Assembly: GCA_963675495.1 (NCBI GenBank)
Contig: OY776215.1
Location: 512,001-576,000, forward strand
Direction: 5' to 3'
DNA from: an uncultured Methanolobus sp.
Lineage (GTDB): Archaea > Halobacteriota > Methanosarcinia > Methanosarcinales > Methanosarcinaceae
DNA: 64,000 nt
Each line of letters starts with the position of its first letter. The first letter of the stretch is position 1. The notes below the pieces were generated by a model. The model did not search any database and had not been told where the DNA came from. It was given only the letters and a program-made list of their open reading frames with translations. Below, piece by piece: positions 38,623 through 47,930 of this stretch. Both the position numbers and the translations under genes were made by a program.

Positions 38623-40641
38623 TTAGAATATTCCTGCGCCTATGAACAGTGTTGAGAACAGGATCGCAACCATGTTCACTACTTTGATCAAAGCATTGAG
38701 TGCAGGTCCGGATGTGTCCTTGAATGGATCACCAACAGTATCACCGACGATAGCTGCCTTGTGAGCATCGGAACCTTTTCCACCATATTCTCCGTCTTCA
38801 ATGAGCTTCTTTGCATTATCCCATGCACCGCCACCATTGTCCATTGTAAGTGCGAGCAAAAGCCCACAGACAATGATACCGATAAGCAGACCACCAAGAG
38901 CTGCAGGACCAAGTACAAGTCCCACGAACAGTGGAGTAGCAATAGCAAGGAAACCAGGAATAGCCATCTCACGGATAGCTGCTGCTGTGACGATGTCGAC
39001 ACACTTACCATATTCAGGCTTTCCAGTTCCTTCCATGATACCAGGTATCTCACGGAACTGGCGACGAACCTCGTTCACGATCTCAAAAGCTGCTTTACCT
39101 ACAGCGCGCATTGTAACTGCACTGAATACGAATGGGAGCAGTCCACCAATGAAAAGACCTACAAGAACAAGTGGCTGGTCAAGACTCAGGTCAGCACCAC
39201 TGAGGTCGACCTTGTGTCTGTAATCTGCAAAGAGAGCCAGAGCACCGAGAGCTGCAGAACCTATTGCATATCCCTTGGTAACTGCCTTTGTGGTGTTACC
39301 TACTGCATCAAGTGCATCGGTGATCTTACGGACATTGGAAGGCATACCAGCCATTTCAGCAATACCACCTGCATTGTCAGTGATAGGGCCGTATGAGTCA
39401 AGTGCTACGATCATTCCGGTAGTTGAGAGCATTGCAGCTGCTGCAATTGCGATTCCATATATACCAATAGAAGGATCTGCTGCTCCGCCTACAACGTAGA
39501 ATGAAGCAAGGATACCAGCAACGATGATGACCAATGGAAGTGCAGTACTTTCAAAACCAATTGCCAGACCGGAAATTACGTTTGTACCTGCACCTGTTTC
39601 AGATGAAGCAGCAATTGTCTTTACCGGACGGTAAGATGTTGAAGTGTAATACTCTGTGAAAACCACCATGAGCACCATGATAATAATACCAACGAGTGCT
39701 GCATAGAAGAATGTCAGACCACCCATGAGGGAATTTGTAACGAAATAGAAAGCAATAAGACTCAATATTGCAGAAACTGCAACACCCTTGTACAATGCTT
39801 TCATTATCTTGCCATCACTACCTACCTTGACAAAGAAGACAGATATGATGGATGCAAAGATCGCTACTGCACCAAGAATGAGTGGATAAAGAATTGCGTT
39901 TGGGAATTTATCAAGGATAAGTGATCCCAGAAGCATTGATGCAAGAACTGTTACTACATATGTTTCAAAGAGGTCAGCACCCATACCGGCACAGTCACCT
40001 ACGTTGTCACCTACGTTGTCAGCAATTACACCTGCATTACGTGGGTCATCCTCTGGAATACCAGCTTCGATCTTACCGACAAGGTCGGCACCGACATCAG
40101 CTGCTTTTGTGAAAATTCCACCGCCAACTCTTGCGAAAAGACTGATAAGACTGGCACCAAACCCAAATCCTATTACAAGATCCACATCACCGTAAAGGAT
40201 GTAGAAAGCGCTTGTACCAAGAAGTGCAAGACCTACCACGGCAAGACCTGTGACCGCACCACCGCGGAATGCAACAGACATTGCCTTCTGCAAACCTTTT
40301 GATGCAGCTTGTGCGGTTCTTACGTTTGCTCTTACGGATACGTTCATACCGATATATCCTGCTGCTGCGGAACTGATAGCACCAACAAGGAAACCGATTG
40401 CGATCTTAGCTCCGTCATCTCCAAGGAGAACGAAGATCAGCACAGCAAGAATGACAGCTACTACTGCGATTGTTTTATATTGGCGATTCAAATAAGCCAT
40501 CGCACCTTCCTGGACGGCACTTGCTATTTCCTGCATCTTTTCTGAGCCAGCATCCTCTTTGAGAACACTGCGTGCAAAAAAGCCAGCAAATAACAAGCTA
40601 ACGAGACCAGCAAGAGGGGCAAGATAAATTAAAGGTTCCAT
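38623..40641 (-). CDS. hppA: Membrane-bound ion-translocating pyrophosphatase, probably K+-independent H+-PPase
   Basis: [49 protein letters not shown]; GNTTKA with Lys marks the K+-independent type. Confidence 0.95.
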   Translation of the reverse strand: MEPLIYLAPLAGLVSLLFAGFFARSVLKEDAGSEKMQEIASAVQEGAMAYLNRQYKTIAVVAVILAVLIFVLLGDDGAKIAIGFLVGAISSAAAGYIGMNVSVRANVRTAQAASKGLQKAMSVAFRGGAVTGLAVVGLALLGTSAFYILYGDVDLVIGFGFGASLISLFARVGGGIFTKAADVGADLVGKIEAGIPEDDPRNAGVIADNVGDNVGDCAGMGADLFETYVVTVLASMLLGSLILDKFPNAILYPLILGAVAIFASIISVFFVKVGSDGKIMKALYKGVAVSAILSLIAFYFVTNSLMGGLTFFYAALVGIIIMVLMVVFTEYYTSTSYRPVKTIAASSETGAGTNVISGLAIGFESTALPLVIIVAGILASFYVVGGAADPSIGIYGIAIAAAAMLSTTGMIVALDSYGPITDNAGGIAEMAGMPSNVRKITDALDAVGNTTKAVTKGYAIGSAALGALALFADYRHKVDLSGADLSLDQPLVLVGLFIGGLLPFVFSAVTMRAVGKAAFEIVNEVRRQFREIPGIMEGTGKPEYGKCVDIVTAAAIREMAIPGFLAIATPLFVGLVLGPAALGGLLIGIIVCGLLLALTMDNGGGAWDNAKKLIEDGEYGGKGSDAHKAAIVGDTVGDPFKDTSGPALNALIKVVNMVAILFSTLFIGAGIF

Positions 40642-40847
40642 ATTAAAACTCCTCTCAATATAATTTATTTCAATGTTAGATTCTAATTAACTTTACTTTT
40701 ATGAATATTCATAAAGTAGTAAATCATCGATAAAATGACTTACTACATAATTGTAACCACGTCGGGTATAATACAGATATATACTATATAAAAGTAGGCT
40801 GCAATAGGACACACATAATATGAATGTGTCGATAGAAAGGGTAATGG

Positions 40848-41303
40848 TTATATCCCGCCTCCTATCTGCATAAGCTCAAAGTCAATTGAATCAGGCACAT
40901 CTACCCTAAAGACAAAAACATTGTATCGGGACCGTCGTGCAGAGGATATAGAAGCTTTCTCATCAGGCGTCAGATATCCATCCGTACTTGCTATACATAA
41001 TGATTTTTTAGTATCCTTTACAAGGAAATCAAAATGCTGACCGTAAGCATTGAGAAACTCCACAAGTTCACTCAACTCATCCCAGTTCTCACACATATGA
41101 ATACTTTTGGTGGCAGAGTTGCTTACATACCAATCCCTGCTCATATAAGGATAAGCAGCATACTGGTCCCTGAGATCATCATATGCCTTGTGTATCTTTG
41201 AGACCTCGGTATTCAGGTCTATCCACTTCCATCCCTGTTCGGAGAAATAACGGGACGCAACTATTGATACTATCCCATCCTTATCTTTTTGTTCGAGCTT
41301 CAT
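40848..41303 (-). CDS. Hypothetical protein
   Basis: 151-aa ORF with GGAGCAGGTG RBS. Confidence 0.75.
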   Translation of the reverse strand: MKLEQKDKDGIVSIVASRYFSEQGWKWIDLNTEVSKIHKAYDDLRDQYAAYPYMSRDWYVSNSATKSIHMCENWDELSELVEFLNAYGQHFDFLVKDTKKSLCIASTDGYLTPDEKASISSARRSRYNVFVFRVDVPDSIDFELMQIGGGI

Positions 41304-41468
41304 TTTAACACCTGCTCCCTATAATGAAGCTAATAACATTTAATTATATATCTGCGATCATCCAAAAAAAGAAGTGCGTTAATAGTTGGCCGAAAATTAT
41401 ATGCACAATTCAACTCCTGCAAGACTACGACTACCTGTGTATTGTGCGTCCCAGTCGAACCATAAAGT

Positions 41469-41909
41469 TTACTGGTCAAAATAGGGTATTGTTTGCGTAG
41501 ATGAAACATTTACATAAACAATAGGTTCCAGCTCCATAATTTCTTCCTTTGACACATTTTCAGTGTAAAGCTCAATAGTTCCCTCAACTGTTATAGAAGA
41601 CCCCGATACCACAAGTTTATTTAGTTGCTGACGAAGAGAATCCGTTGATGAGACAATATAAGGACTTTGTGCAGGTACAGGCTCAACAGTAGTTACATAA
41701 ATATCGGGCCCACTATTGAAAAGGGTAAAATTGTATTTGTAAAGATTGCTGGAATTATTGCCATCAGAAGAACCGATCGAAGATGACCCATCGACAAGGA
41801 ACAGACCTTCTACAGGAACAATTCCGCATGACCACATGTTTGCACCGGCTCCGATTATAATGCCAGCAGCAACAATCAATAACACCAAAGAAAGACCTTT
41901 TTCCATCAC
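41469..41909 (-). CDS. Hypothetical membrane-anchored/secreted protein
   Basis: N-terminal TM, beta-rich body, GAGGA RBS. Confidence 0.65.
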   Translation of the reverse strand: MMEKGLSLVLLIVAAGIIIGAGANMWSCGIVPVEGLFLVDGSSSIGSSDGNNSSNLYKYNFTLFNSGPDIYVTTVEPVPAQSPYIVSSTDSLRQQLNKLVVSGSSITVEGTIELYTENVSKEEIMELEPIVYVNVSSTQTIPYFDQ

Positions 41910-42350
41910 TCATTCCTCTTTATGAAAACAATACATCCATTTCATTTCATATTGTTGCTTAGGTGTCCTGGATTCGATCAGAAATATTCTCCTTACTATT
42001 CAAAAAGTAAGTAAAAAGTTATCCATTGCTAGCTTACTCTAAAATATATGGAATATGATGCCAACATATTTCAACTTATATAATTCATATTTTTGAACTA
42101 GCTCCTGAACATAAGAAAAAATCATGAATCACGTTTCATGAGGGCAAACTTATTTATTCCAATGCAGGTTTTTATTCCCTAGTCTCACCACCCTGAATAC
42201 AAGTTACTATTATAGTTATTATGGACAGGGAAGATATGTGAATGGATAGGAGTGCCATACGGCACAGGTACTAAACAATTCCGACAGAAAGGTCGGTTTT
42301 GATCTTATATGAATATCATAATTAAATATTGCATTTGAATAGGTGAAATT

Positions 42351-45134
42351 ATGACATGTGATGATTTTAAAGACCCTTTCGGATCCAAACAGACCATCAA
42401 TATAGCTGGTAAAGAGGTAACGATCTATAGTTTGAAAAAACTGGAAGAGGCTGGAATAGCCAACATTTCCAGGTTACCTTACTCGATCAGGGTCTTGCTT
42501 GAAGCATTATTAAGGAACGTGGATGGAAAGGTAATTACCGAAGATGATGTAAAGAATCTTGCCAGCTGGAGTCCTGAAGGGGTTCCTGCATTGGATATAC
42601 CGTTCATTCCTTCAAGAGTTATAATGCAGGATTTCACTGGTGTACCTGCAGTAGTAGATATTGCTGCCATTAGATCGGCCATGAAAAGGCTTGGTGGTGA
42701 CCCGTCAACAATTAATCCTGTAATCCCTGCTGACCTTGTGATCGATCACTCCATTCAGGTTGATTACTACGGCACATCCTATGCACGTAACTGCAATGAG
42801 AAATACGAGTTCCATCGCAATAAGGAAAGATACGAACTGCTGCACTGGGCCCAAAATGCTTTTGATAATTTAAGAGTAGTCCCTCCTGCAAGTGGTATCA
42901 TTCATCAGGTCAACCTTGAGAACCTGGCATCTGTTGTCCACCTGAAAGAAAAGTGCGGAGAACTTATCGCTTATCCTGATACACTTGTAGGTACTGACTC
43001 ACACACAACCATGATCAATGGACTTGGTGTCCTTGGATGGGGTGTTGGCGGTATCGAAGCTGAGGCCGTTATGCTTGGCCAGCCTTACTACATGCCTATT
43101 CCTGAAGTAGTGGGCTTTAGACTCACCGGCGATCTCAGGGAAGGTGTCACATCCACTGACCTTGTACTTACTGTGGTTGAGATGCTCAGGGCTCATGGTG
43201 TTGTGGGTAAATTCGTAGAATTTTACGGACCCGGCTACAAAGCATTGGAACTGACCGACAGGGCAGTACTTGCTAACATGGCTCCAGAATATGGCGCTAC
43301 AATGGGATTCTGTCCAGTAGATGAAGTAACTCTTGACTATATGACCCTGACAGGCAGGGAAAAAGAACATGTTGACAGAGTAAGACAATACTGCAAGGAA
43401 CAGAACCTGTTCCTTGAAGAAGGAATGGCAGACCCTGCATTCACTTCAACTCTGGACCTTGACATCAGCACGGTAGAACCATCCCTTGCAGGACCCAAGA
43501 GACCACAGGACCGCATACCAGTTCCGGATATGTCAAAGGCATTCCATCAGACCATGAAAGACGTTTTCGCTGCAAAAAGTGGTAAACCTGCCAATGGCGA
43601 TGACCTTGATTACAGTCGCTGGCTTGGAGAAGGCGGATACAGCGTTTCAGAGATCACACATCCTCACCATACAGGCATTACAAAAATAAAGTGTGCAGAT
43701 GATGTCGTTGCAGTTACACATGGTTCTGTCGTTATTGCATCCATCACATCCTGCACGAACACATCCAGTCCAGCTCTTATGATCGGGGCCGGATTGGTTG
43801 CAAAGAAAGCTGTCGAAAAGGGACTTAAAGTAAAACCTTTCGTAAAAACAAGTCTTGCGCCTGGTTCCCGTGTAGTTACAGATTACCTCGAGGAAGCGAA
43901 TCTTATGCCATATCTCGATGCACTTGGTTTCCATCTTGTAGGCTATGGTTGTCTGACATGCATAGGAAACAGTGGCCCTCTCAAGGAAGCAGTTTCAAAT
44001 GTGATAGAAGAGAAGGACCTCACAGTTGCAGCAGTTCTCAGCGGTAACAGGAACTTCGAGGGCAGGATCAACTCCCAGGTAAAAGCCAACTATTTAGCAT
44101 CACCAATGCTGGTGGTTGCCTACGCACTTGCAGGTACAGTCGATATAGACCTTATGAAAGACCCTATAGCCTGCGACCCTAACGGTCAGCCGGTTTACCT
44201 CAAGGATATCTGGCCAGGTAAGGAAGAACTCGATGAATATATCCATAAATCCGTAACCCCTGAGATGTTCAAGGAACAGTATGCCAACATCTACGAAGGT
44301 ACAGATCTCTGGAGAAGTCTTGATGCTCCAGAGGGCCTACTCTATGATTGGGATAATCTTTCCACATACATACAGGAACCACCATTCTTCAAGAATTTCC
44401 CACCTGAAGTGGCCGGATTGGCCAATATTGAAGGAGCAAGAGCTCTTGCCCTGGTTGGAGACAGCATAACAACTGATCACATATCACCAGCTGGCTCGAT
44501 CCCGACAAGCTATCCTGCAGGCCAGTACCTTATCTCAAAAGGTGTCGATGAGAAAAATTTCAATTCATATGGCTCCAGGCGTGGTAACCATGAGGTTATG
44601 ATGAGAGGTACTTTTGGAAACGTACGTCTTAAGAACAAACTTGTTGGAAGCAAGGAAGGTTCATGGACCATACACCAGCCTGATGATCAGGAGATGCCTA
44701 TCTATGATGCTGCAATGAAGTATATGGAAAAGGGAACCCCACTTGTCATAATTGCAGGAAAGGAATATGGTACCGGAAGTTCACGTGACTGGGCTGCAAA
44801 GGGTACCCAACTACTTGGTGTGAAAGCAGTAATTGCAGAATCATATGAAAGAATACACCGCAGTAACCTTGTGGGCATGGGTGTTCTACCATTACAATTC
44901 AAGAACGGGGAATCTGCTGAAAGCCTTGGACTGAGTGGAAAGGAAACTTTTGACATCAAAGGTATCGATGTGCTCAAACCGTTCGGTGAAGTCACAGTGG
45001 TCGCTAGATCAAAAACAGGTGAAGACAAGACCTTTGATGTCCTTGTACGCCTGAACTCTGATATTGAAATAGAGTACTACATGAATGGCGGCATACTTCA
45101 TAAGTTCCTGAGAGACGGCATAAAGGGAGAATGA
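42351..45134 (+). CDS. acnA: Aconitate hydratase A
   Basis: QDFTGVPAVVD, GTDSHTTM, ITSCTNTS, GYGCLTCIGNSG, TTDHISPAG, GSSRDWAAKG. Confidence 0.97.
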   Translation: MTCDDFKDPFGSKQTINIAGKEVTIYSLKKLEEAGIANISRLPYSIRVLLEALLRNVDGKVITEDDVKNLASWSPEGVPALDIPFIPSRVIMQDFTGVPAVVDIAAIRSAMKRLGGDPSTINPVIPADLVIDHSIQVDYYGTSYARNCNEKYEFHRNKERYELLHWAQNAFDNLRVVPPASGIIHQVNLENLASVVHLKEKCGELIAYPDTLVGTDSHTTMINGLGVLGWGVGGIEAEAVMLGQPYYMPIPEVVGFRLTGDLREGVTSTDLVLTVVEMLRAHGVVGKFVEFYGPGYKALELTDRAVLANMAPEYGATMGFCPVDEVTLDYMTLTGREKEHVDRVRQYCKEQNLFLEEGMADPAFTSTLDLDISTVEPSLAGPKRPQDRIPVPDMSKAFHQTMKDVFAAKSGKPANGDDLDYSRWLGEGGYSVSEITHPHHTGITKIKCADDVVAVTHGSVVIASITSCTNTSSPALMIGAGLVAKKAVEKGLKVKPFVKTSLAPGSRVVTDYLEEANLMPYLDALGFHLVGYGCLTCIGNSGPLKEAVSNVIEEKDLTVAAVLSGNRNFEGRINSQVKANYLASPMLVVAYALAGTVDIDLMKDPIACDPNGQPVYLKDIWPGKEELDEYIHKSVTPEMFKEQYANIYEGTDLWRSLDAPEGLLYDWDNLSTYIQEPPFFKNFPPEVAGLANIEGARALALVGDSITTDHISPAGSIPTSYPAGQYLISKGVDEKNFNSYGSRRGNHEVMMRGTFGNVRLKNKLVGSKEGSWTIHQPDDQEMPIYDAAMKYMEKGTPLVIIAGKEYGTGSSRDWAAKGTQLLGVKAVIAESYERIHRSNLVGMGVLPLQFKNGESAESLGLSGKETFDIKGIDVLKPFGEVTVVARSKTGEDKTFDVLVRLNSDIEIEYYMNGGILHKFLRDGIKGE

Positions 45135-45308
45135 CCTGTTCATTCTCCTTTACTTAAAATATTGTGATTTTTATTTAATTTTGTTTTTTTATATAAATAA
45201 TATATAAAAACCATATAAATCCAGTAAACTTTATATATGGACAACAAAAAGATAATATTGACCATATTTTACCAAAACGTATACTTCGATCCATTGGGGG
45301 ATTTTTAA

Positions 45309-46406
45309 ATGGAAGATATGAAAAAAGGCCTTGAAGGCGTAATAGCTTTGGATACCAAAATATCCTTTATTGATGGTATTCAGGGAATCCTGAAGTACAG
45401 AGGGATTAAAATAGAGGATCTTGTTGATTTCCCTTACGATGCAGTTTCCTATTTACTGATCAATGGAAAGGTCCCCAATGAAAACGAGCTATCCGATTAT
45501 TCCCAGGAACTTAAAAACAACCGCTGTATCAATGGAAAACAAATAGAAGTACTCAAGGAATTTGATTTTGGAATCGAAGCTCTTGACGGTTTGAGAACTG
45601 CCATTTCCTGTACAGCTCATTTTGATCTTGAAAATAACCATCATTCGTCAGATGCCAATAAAAACAAATCAATAAGACTTGTTGCAAAATTCCCTACTAT
45701 TGTTGCAGCTTTACATCGTGCAAGCTATGGCCAAAAAACCATTGAGCCAAATGATGAACTGTCCCATGGTGCTAATTTCCTTTACATGCTAACAGGTAAA
45801 ATCCCAACAGAACTTGAAGCTGAAGCAATGGAAAAGGATCTCATACTGAGTGCAGAGCATGAACTAAACCCCTCTACATTCGCTTTGAGAATTGCAGCAT
45901 CAACCCTCTCAGACCTCTATTCTGCTGTTATATGTGGTCTTTGTACCTTAAAAGGGCCTTTACATGGTGGTGCAAGAAAGGGTGTAATGGATATGCTTGA
46001 TGAAGTTGGCAGTATAGAAAATGTACAAAATTATGTTCTTGAAAAACTTGAAAAGAAAGAGAAGATAATGGGTTTTGGACACCGAGTTTATAAGACATAT
46101 GATCCAAGAGCAAGGATATATAAAGATATTGCCAGAAGATTAGCCCTCGAAAATGGAGATACAATCTGGTTTGATTTAGCAGAAAGAATAGAACATATTC
46201 TTTACCATGAATTCGTAGAAGTTCGCGGAAAAACAATCTATCCTAATGTGGATTTCTATTCGGCTGTTGTGTATAAATATCTGGACATCCCTGCTGAACT
46301 TGCAACTTCCATATTCGCAATCGGAAGGGTTTCAGGATGGATGGCTCACTGTATGGAACAATATGCAGATAACAAGGTAATCAGGCCAAGGGCACATTTT
46401 ATCTAA
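45309..46406 (+). CDS. Citrate synthase (dimeric/methylcitrate synthase type)
   Basis: KGLEGV, AEHELNPSTF, KGPLHGGA, MGFGHRVYKTYDPRA, YPNVDFYS. Confidence 0.95.
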   Translation: MEDMKKGLEGVIALDTKISFIDGIQGILKYRGIKIEDLVDFPYDAVSYLLINGKVPNENELSDYSQELKNNRCINGKQIEVLKEFDFGIEALDGLRTAISCTAHFDLENNHHSSDANKNKSIRLVAKFPTIVAALHRASYGQKTIEPNDELSHGANFLYMLTGKIPTELEAEAMEKDLILSAEHELNPSTFALRIAASTLSDLYSAVICGLCTLKGPLHGGARKGVMDMLDEVGSIENVQNYVLEKLEKKEKIMGFGHRVYKTYDPRARIYKDIARRLALENGDTIWFDLAERIEHILYHEFVEVRGKTIYPNVDFYSAVVYKYLDIPAELATSIFAIGRVSGWMAHCMEQYADNKVIRPRAHFI

Positions 46407-46849
46407 GTGGTCCTCTTTTGTTTTTCACATTCTTTTTTTAGGTTTTTGTTCATACTTTCGAAACCCTGTCTGGTCTTTGCACCAACAATATGCAGTATGA
46501 ACGATGCAAGGATGCCCCTGAACCTTTCACACTGTATGAACCTTGTCCGGTCATTTTCAAGTTCTTCTATCCTAAAGACATGTTCACCATCAAATACGCC
46601 TTTTACCCATAAATTGCCCATCCACCTGTACTCATGCACAGGCTCTACTTTTGTTAGAACAGGAGTTAAGTTAATAGCTTTCATGCCAGCTGGCTGCATA
46701 TGAACATCTAGCTTTGAACCAGGTTCAAGTTTTCCTTTTATACTTGTGATAAATGGATTCCAGCGTTCAAAACCTTCAAAATCTGTTAGGAGGTCCCAGA
46801 CCTCGTTAATAGGAGCTTCAATTATGATATCAGTACAAATCTTATGCAT
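46403..46849 (-). CDS. SRPBCC/polyketide-cyclase-like protein
   Basis: IEAPINEVWDLLTDF..F..WNPF, FDGEHVF, RFIQCERF.G. Confidence 0.88.
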   Translation of the reverse strand: MHKICTDIIIEAPINEVWDLLTDFEGFERWNPFITSIKGKLEPGSKLDVHMQPAGMKAINLTPVLTKVEPVHEYRWMGNLWVKGVFDGEHVFRIEELENDRTRFIQCERFRGILASFILHIVGAKTRQGFESMNKNLKKECEKQKRTT

Positions 46850-47212
46850 TGTGAGGTAAACCTCCGATAAAAAGGAAGTTGGAAGAAAAAAATGATATAT
46901 TGTTCACGCTAATTCCCTGCTTTTCTATGCAACTGCTTTAGCGCTTATTAAATATATAATTATAGACACTATGGAAATAGAAAGCATAAAGAATAAGATC
47001 ACCTGCAAATAGGAAAAGGATGAATAAAGTGTTTAGTTGTAAGCATTTATATCGTCGCCTATATCTGCCTAAGGTTTGCATGGATTAAAAGTTTTACTCT
47101 TAAACATGAAATATACAGGAATCTTTTGGACAAAAATAAATTCTGGTAAGTGCTTTTATACGTCATAATTCATTTTAGGTTACAGTTATTGATCCAATAT
47201 AAAGGTAATATT

Positions 47213-47419
47213 ATGAGCAGCAATCAAAAATATGGCGTCCCAGCACTATTATCATTTTTCATACCGGGACTGGGACAGATAATCAAAGGTGAATTATTCA
47301 AGGCAATAGGTATATGGGCGGTTCTGGTCATTTGCATTATATTAGAATTCATTCTCATAGGTTACTTATTGGGAGCTATTGTCTGGATATGGCAGATCTA
47401 TGATGCTTATAACAATTAA
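47213..47419 (+). CDS. Small membrane protein (TM2-like)
   Basis: MSSNQKYGVPALLSFFIPGLGQI...WIWQIYDAY; ATG at 47213 preferred over 47150. Confidence 0.75.
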   Translation: MSSNQKYGVPALLSFFIPGLGQIIKGELFKAIGIWAVLVICIILEFILIGYLLGAIVWIWQIYDAYNN

Positions 47420-47930
47420 TTGAAACAACATGTTAATATCTCGTAGAAGTCTTTGCCCATTTAAAATCAGAACTACAGATAATAAATGCATCAGAAATCT
47501 GTAAAAGAGAATGTGAAAGCTGGTTAATCTAATGTAGGATTTCACAGATATTTTTTTTATTTTTTATACCATTCATTGTTTTTTACAAAACATCCGCATA
47601 CCTCTTAGTATTTAAAAATCCAGCCAAATTTTCATATGAATCATCATTTTTTTTCCTACAATCTGGCTATCCAACATAGAATCGTCCATCGTTTTTTAAT
47701 AAAATCTTGTGCACATCCGTGTTTTTTAAAAAAACATAAATATATAATATATTAACATAAATATAGAAGATATAATACAGAAATCCTTAAAAAATTTCAA
47801 ATCCAGCAATAGATGGGATACAAAAATACCACACATATACCATTTGTAACTGCAATTCATACTTTTCGATTTTTCAGTTACACGATTCTGTACACTTATG
47901 ATTACTATAGCTTAAAACGAAGGTGAACCA

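Noticed and set aside
38688-40545. Numerous antisense and alternate-frame ORFs over hppA (similarly over argH, the ATPase, hdrA and gatE)
   Set aside because: Shadow ORFs of strongly codon-biased real genes, with no independent motifs or RBS.
40698-40715. Perfect 18-bp palindrome TTTATGAATATTCATAAA upstream of hppA
   Set aside because: Real but very AT-rich and single-copy here. I cannot tell an operator from a UTR hairpin or chance, and it does not match the phosphate-island motif.
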